From an uncultured Faecalibacterium sp. (GTDB lineage Bacteria > Bacillota > Clostridia > Oscillospirales > Ruminococcaceae): a stretch of DNA of 64,000 nucleotides. The stretch is from contig CAAFQM010000126.1 in assembly GCA_900765105.1 (NCBI GenBank), forward strand, positions 122 to 64,121. Reading direction: 5' to 3'. The notes under the pieces are model-generated. The model had not been told where the DNA came from and ran no database searches. It was given only the letters and a program-made list of their open reading frames with translations. Below, in pieces: positions 60,236 through 64,000 of this stretch; position 1 is the first letter of the stretch; each line of letters opens with the position of its first letter. The translations under genes and the position numbers were made by a program.

Positions 60236-61087
60236 TTATCGTCTGCTGCGCAGTTTCTGATCGATCGCCTGGAACTGATCGGCCCTGCCGAAAGTGATCA
60301 GCTTGACCATCTGATCAGAAAGCCGGATCTCTGCGGTCGCTCCTGCCTTGAGCGGAAAACCAGCTGCACCATCGCAGCTGATAAATACTTCATCATCGGC
60401 CACCTGACCGACGCATACATTCAATTTGCGCTCCTGCGCAAATACCATTGCCGGGCTTGCCAGACTGTGCGGGCAGATCGGCGTGACCACAACGCCCTTT
60501 GTCTGGGAGTCGAGGATCGGCCCTCCTGCAGCCAGTGAATACGCCGTAGAGCCGGTCGGTGTAGCAACGATGACACCATCGCCGCGATAATGCTCCACAA
60601 GGATGTCATCGCAATAGATGCTGAAATCGATCGCCTGCTGCAAGCGGCCTTTTGTGACAACAACATCATTCAGTGCGTGGCCTTCCCAGCCATCATGTCC
60701 CAGTACACGGGCATACAACAGCATCCGATTGTCCAGACTGAACTCGCCCTTTGCCACGGCTGCCAGCTTCGTTTCCATTTCACTGATCTCGCAGGTAGCC
60801 AGAAAACCGCAGCGGCCAAGATTGATGCCGAGGATCGGCTTTGCATACTGCAAAGACAGATTGGCTTCGTGCAGGATCGTTCCGTCCCCGCCGATGGTCA
60901 GGATCACATCAGCCCGTTTCAGGCATGCTTCCTGTGGCAGGTAGAGGACTCCTACGGTACTGCAGTTTGTTCGCATCGTCTCACACATCAGAACATCTGC
61001 CCCATGCGTCAGCAGGATCTGAGCAGCCCGGAGCGCGATCTCGTAAGCAGAAGGTTTGCCGGAATTCGGAGAAATATAGATCGTCAT
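60236..61087 (-). CDS. nadK: NAD kinase
   Basis: GGDGT, GINLGRCGFL, ALND, ATPTGSTAYSLAAGGP. Confidence 0.95.
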   Translation of the reverse strand: MTIYISPNSGKPSAYEIALRAAQILLTHGADVLMCETMRTNCSTVGVLYLPQEACLKRADVILTIGGDGTILHEANLSLQYAKPILGINLGRCGFLATCEISEMETKLAAVAKGEFSLDNRMLLYARVLGHDGWEGHALNDVVVTKGRLQQAIDFSIYCDDILVEHYRGDGVIVATPTGSTAYSLAAGGPILDSQTKGVVVTPICPHSLASPAMVFAQERKLNVCVGQVADDEVFISCDGAAGFPLKAGATAEIRLSDQMVKLITFGRADQFQAIDQKLRSRR

Positions 61088-61118
61088 GCTGCAAGCCCTT
61101 TCTTTTTAAGATGCCAGT

Positions 61119-61922
61119 TCAACGGTCAAGGGTGCTATGGCTTGCCGCAACGACCTGCTCTGCAACGCTGTCATCCAGAACTGCAGGTTCCGTGCTCTTC
61201 TGCACGAACATCAGATACTCAATGTTGCCCTCCGGACCTTTCACGGGGCTGAAATCCAGTCCGCGTACCACAAAGCCGTTAGCCGCGGCATACCCCATTG
61301 CATTGTGCAGCACTTCCCGATGGGTCGCCGGATCTCGGACAACGCCGTTCTTGCCGACCTTTTCGCGGCCCGCCTCAAACTGCGGCTTCACCAGACAGAC
61401 ACCCATGGCATCCGGCGTTGTAATGGCCTGTGCTACCGGGAAAATATGATGCAGAGAGATGAACGAAACGTCTACACTGAAAAACTCGATTGGCTCGGCC
61501 AGATCTTCCGGTGTAACGTTCCGGATGTTGGTGCGTTCCATATTGACGACCCGCTCATCGGTCCGCAGGCTCCACGCCAGCTGTCCGTAGCCGACATCGA
61601 CTGCGTAAACCTTGACCGCGCCGTTCTGCAGCATGCAGTCGGTAAAGCCGCCGGTAGAGGCACCGATATCCATGCACACTTTTCCATTCGGTGTGAGCGG
61701 GAAACACTGCATTGCTTTTTCCAGCTTCAGACCACCGCGGCTGACATAGCCGATGTCATGGCCGCGAACCTCGACTTTGGCGTCATCTTTGATCATCTCA
61801 CCGGCCTTATCCACCTTCTGCTCATTGACAAACACGATGCCGGACATGATCAGGGCTTTTGCCCGCTCCCGGCTCTGGACAAGCCCATTCTGCACCAGAT
61901 ATTGATCCAATCGGATTTTCAC
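61119..61922 (-). CDS. tlyA: TlyA-family rRNA 2'-O-methyltransferase
   Basis: YVSRGGLKL, DIGASTGGFTD, DVSFISL, KPQFE, GNIEY. Confidence 0.95.
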   Translation of the reverse strand: MKIRLDQYLVQNGLVQSRERAKALIMSGIVFVNEQKVDKAGEMIKDDAKVEVRGHDIGYVSRGGLKLEKAMQCFPLTPNGKVCMDIGASTGGFTDCMLQNGAVKVYAVDVGYGQLAWSLRTDERVVNMERTNIRNVTPEDLAEPIEFFSVDVSFISLHHIFPVAQAITTPDAMGVCLVKPQFEAGREKVGKNGVVRDPATHREVLHNAMGYAAANGFVVRGLDFSPVKGPEGNIEYLMFVQKSTEPAVLDDSVAEQVVAASHSTLDR

Positions 61923-61926
61923 GATG

Positions 61927-63801
61927 TTATACTCCTTTCATAAGTGCTGCCCGCACTGCCTGAACAAGATGGCCGGCATCCAGACCGACACACTGTTTGA
62001 TTTGATCAACCGTTGCATGGGGCAGGCAGGCATCCTGCACAGCGCAATGGATAAATCGTCCATTCCAACCGTTCTGCTGCAATTCATATTCCAAGTGCTC
62101 GCCAATGCTGCCTGCAGCTACACACTCTTCAGCAAACAAAATAATTTTATAATTTCTCAGTTCTGCGACAAATTTTTCTGTAAAGGGATATATCTTTACA
62201 ATCTTCAACACGTCACTTCTAACATTTTTGCTGCTCAGCATCCCGGAAGCCTGCAGTACGTCAGCAATTTCATCTGCATAACTCACAAGGACGATTGATG
62301 CATCGCTTTCCTTCTTCAGAAAATCATACTCTGCACCGCTACAGGGATATTCCGCCAGCAGAGCATTCTCTCCACCTCTTGGATACCGAATCGCACGGGG
62401 CCCTTGGAAGTCCTTCTGCAGCAAACGGTGCAGCCAGTATGTCAACTCGGCATAATTGGAGGGGGCATAAATCGGCATCCCGACCTGACTGAGAAAGGCC
62501 GGATCATAGATACCCTGATGCGTCTCGCCATCCGCCGGGACAAATCCGGCACGGTCGATTGCAAACACGACGTTTTCCTTGAGAAGGTTGACATCATGGA
62601 TGATCTGATCATAAGAGCGCTGCAGGAAGGTCGAATAAATGCAGACCACCGGAAGCATTTGCTGACTGGCAAGCCCGGCCGCAAATGTTACAGCATGCTG
62701 TTCCGCCATTCCGACATCAAAGAAACGCTCCGGATGGCTGTGCGAAAAGAACTGCAGGCCGGTGCCATACTTCATGGCGGCTGTGATTGCACAAATGCGG
62801 GGATCTGTCTCGCCTTCCTTCACAAGGGCCTTGCCAAACACCGTGGAGAAGGACTCCTTTGGAGCCACTTCCGGGTCTGGCATTCCATCCGGGTCAAAGG
62901 CCGATACGCCGTGATAGTTTCCCGGATTGATCTCTGCAGGCTGGTAGCCCTTTCCTTTTTTGGTGACAACATGCAAGAAATACGGTCCCTGACGGCTTGT
63001 GATCGTATGGAGCGTCCGTTCCAATTCTTCTTCGTTGTGGCCGTCTACCGGACCGATGTACTCGAACCCCATATCCTCAAACATCGTTGAGTGATACATT
63101 GCACGGCGAAGCAAGGTTTTGGCGTTTGTGAGTGTCTTTTTCAGGGGCGTGCCCACGACCGGAACCCCATCCAGAAAGCTGCGCACGTTATCCTTTGCAT
63201 CATAGTAGGCAGTCGTTGTGCGCAGATGGGTCAGGTAGCGCGCAAGGGCACCGACATTTTTGGAGATGGACATCTTGTTGTCATTAAGGATCACCAGGAG
63301 ATTGTTCAGGTGCTCGATGTTGTTCATTCCCTCATAGACCATGCCGCCGGTAAAGGCACCGTCTCCGATCACTGCGACCACAAGACCAGGCTCATGGCGC
63401 AGTTTTTTGGCCCATGCCATGCCGATTGCAAGCGACAGTGCAGTATTGCCATGTCCTGCAATAAAAGCATCGTGTTCACTTTCGTTCGGGTTTGGAAATC
63501 CCGAAATACCGTCCAGCTGGCGGAGTTTGTCAAACTGACCCTTGCGTCCGGTCAGGATCTTATGCGTATAGCACTGATGTCCCACATCAAAAACGATTTT
63601 ATCCTTCGGCGTTTCCAGTACCCTGTGCAGTGCAACGGTCAGTTCTACCGTGCCCAGATTGGACGCAAGATGACCACCGGTTTTTGAAATATTTTCCAGC
63701 AGAAAATGACGGATCTCTGTGCACAGCTGTTCGACCTGCTGGTGGTTCAGCTGTTTCAGATCGCTGGGTTGATTGATGTTGTCCAGCAGCAACGATTCCA
63801 T
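61927..63801 (-). CDS. dxs: 1-deoxy-D-xylulose-5-phosphate synthase
   Basis: GGHLASNLG, DVGHQ, GDGA, NDN.MSI, DVGMAEQHA, DGETHQG. Confidence 0.97.
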   Translation of the reverse strand: MESLLLDNINQPSDLKQLNHQQVEQLCTEIRHFLLENISKTGGHLASNLGTVELTVALHRVLETPKDKIVFDVGHQCYTHKILTGRKGQFDKLRQLDGISGFPNPNESEHDAFIAGHGNTALSLAIGMAWAKKLRHEPGLVVAVIGDGAFTGGMVYEGMNNIEHLNNLLVILNDNKMSISKNVGALARYLTHLRTTTAYYDAKDNVRSFLDGVPVVGTPLKKTLTNAKTLLRRAMYHSTMFEDMGFEYIGPVDGHNEEELERTLHTITSRQGPYFLHVVTKKGKGYQPAEINPGNYHGVSAFDPDGMPDPEVAPKESFSTVFGKALVKEGETDPRICAITAAMKYGTGLQFFSHSHPERFFDVGMAEQHAVTFAAGLASQQMLPVVCIYSTFLQRSYDQIIHDVNLLKENVVFAIDRAGFVPADGETHQGIYDPAFLSQVGMPIYAPSNYAELTYWLHRLLQKDFQGPRAIRYPRGGENALLAEYPCSGAEYDFLKKESDASIVLVSYADEIADVLQASGMLSSKNVRSDVLKIVKIYPFTEKFVAELRNYKIILFAEECVAAGSIGEHLEYELQQNGWNGRFIHCAVQDACLPHATVDQIKQCVGLDAGHLVQAVRAALMKGV

Positions 63802-63843
63802 AATCACACGTCCTTTAAAAGGTTTTGCACAACGGTCCGCCCA

Positions 63844-64000
63844 TTATACCATCGGGTACAACAGGCCCACTGCCACGCCGACCAGAACACCGGCAACGAC
63901 CTGCAGCGGGGTATGGCCGACCATTTCTTTCAGATGCATATTCTGGAGAAACGGAGCATTCTTTTCGCTCACTTCGATCCACTGGTCGATCATCCGGTTC
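63844..64000 (-). CDS. Divergent PAP2 family (DUF212) protein, C-terminal part (truncated by window edge)
   Basis: Minus-strand translation ...LKEMVGHTPLQVVAGVLVGVAVGLLYPMV*; usual position upstream of dxs. Confidence 0.8.
   Translation of the reverse strand, partial: NRMIDQWIEVSEKNAPFLQNMHLKEMVGHTPLQVVAGVLVGVAVGLLYPMV

Overview
GC-rich chromosomal window from an anaerobic Bacillota; gene content and order look like Oscillospiraceae/Faecalibacterium (inference, not proven). It is mostly housekeeping DNA, with no prophage, IS element or CRISPR array. The left part is almost entirely + strand: potD (3' part), acyl-ACP thioesterase, guaB, pncB, tRNA-Leu, an aconitase-family hydratase, a PHP protein, a ClpC-like ATPase, oleate hydratase, a Tat-exported 5'-nucleotidase, tRNA-Gln, the SCIFF ranthipeptide pair scfA/scfB, a SPOCS-LysM protein and azlCD. 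It continues with an 11-kb selenium-dependent molybdenum hydroxylase cluster (NCS2 permease, mocA, three xdh-like subunits, yqeC, selD, yedF, desulfurase, DUF3343, xdhC, yqeB) and phoH-ybeY-era-yqzL-recO-mutS2. The right part is mostly - strand: Xer-type recombinase, radA, spoIIM-like, TIGR04086, yajC, tgt, queA, T-box-tyrS, recN, argR, nadK, tlyA and dxs, interrupted by a + strand asd-dapA-dapB operon. Main observations beyond the ORF track: (1) a 28-bp dif-like site at 44111-44138, at the switch in gene orientation and 330 bp downstream of a lone Xer-type recombinase, with an extra abutting half-site; (2) an orphan ~180-nt structured small RNA (~1409-1586) with its own promoter and terminator and several anti-Shine-Dalgarno-like CU-rich loops; (3) a multi-stem 5' leader on pncB; (4) five sigmaE/sigmaF/G-like promoters, mostly in front of sporulation-associated gene families; (5) two small genes missing from the ORF track (scfA, yqzL).
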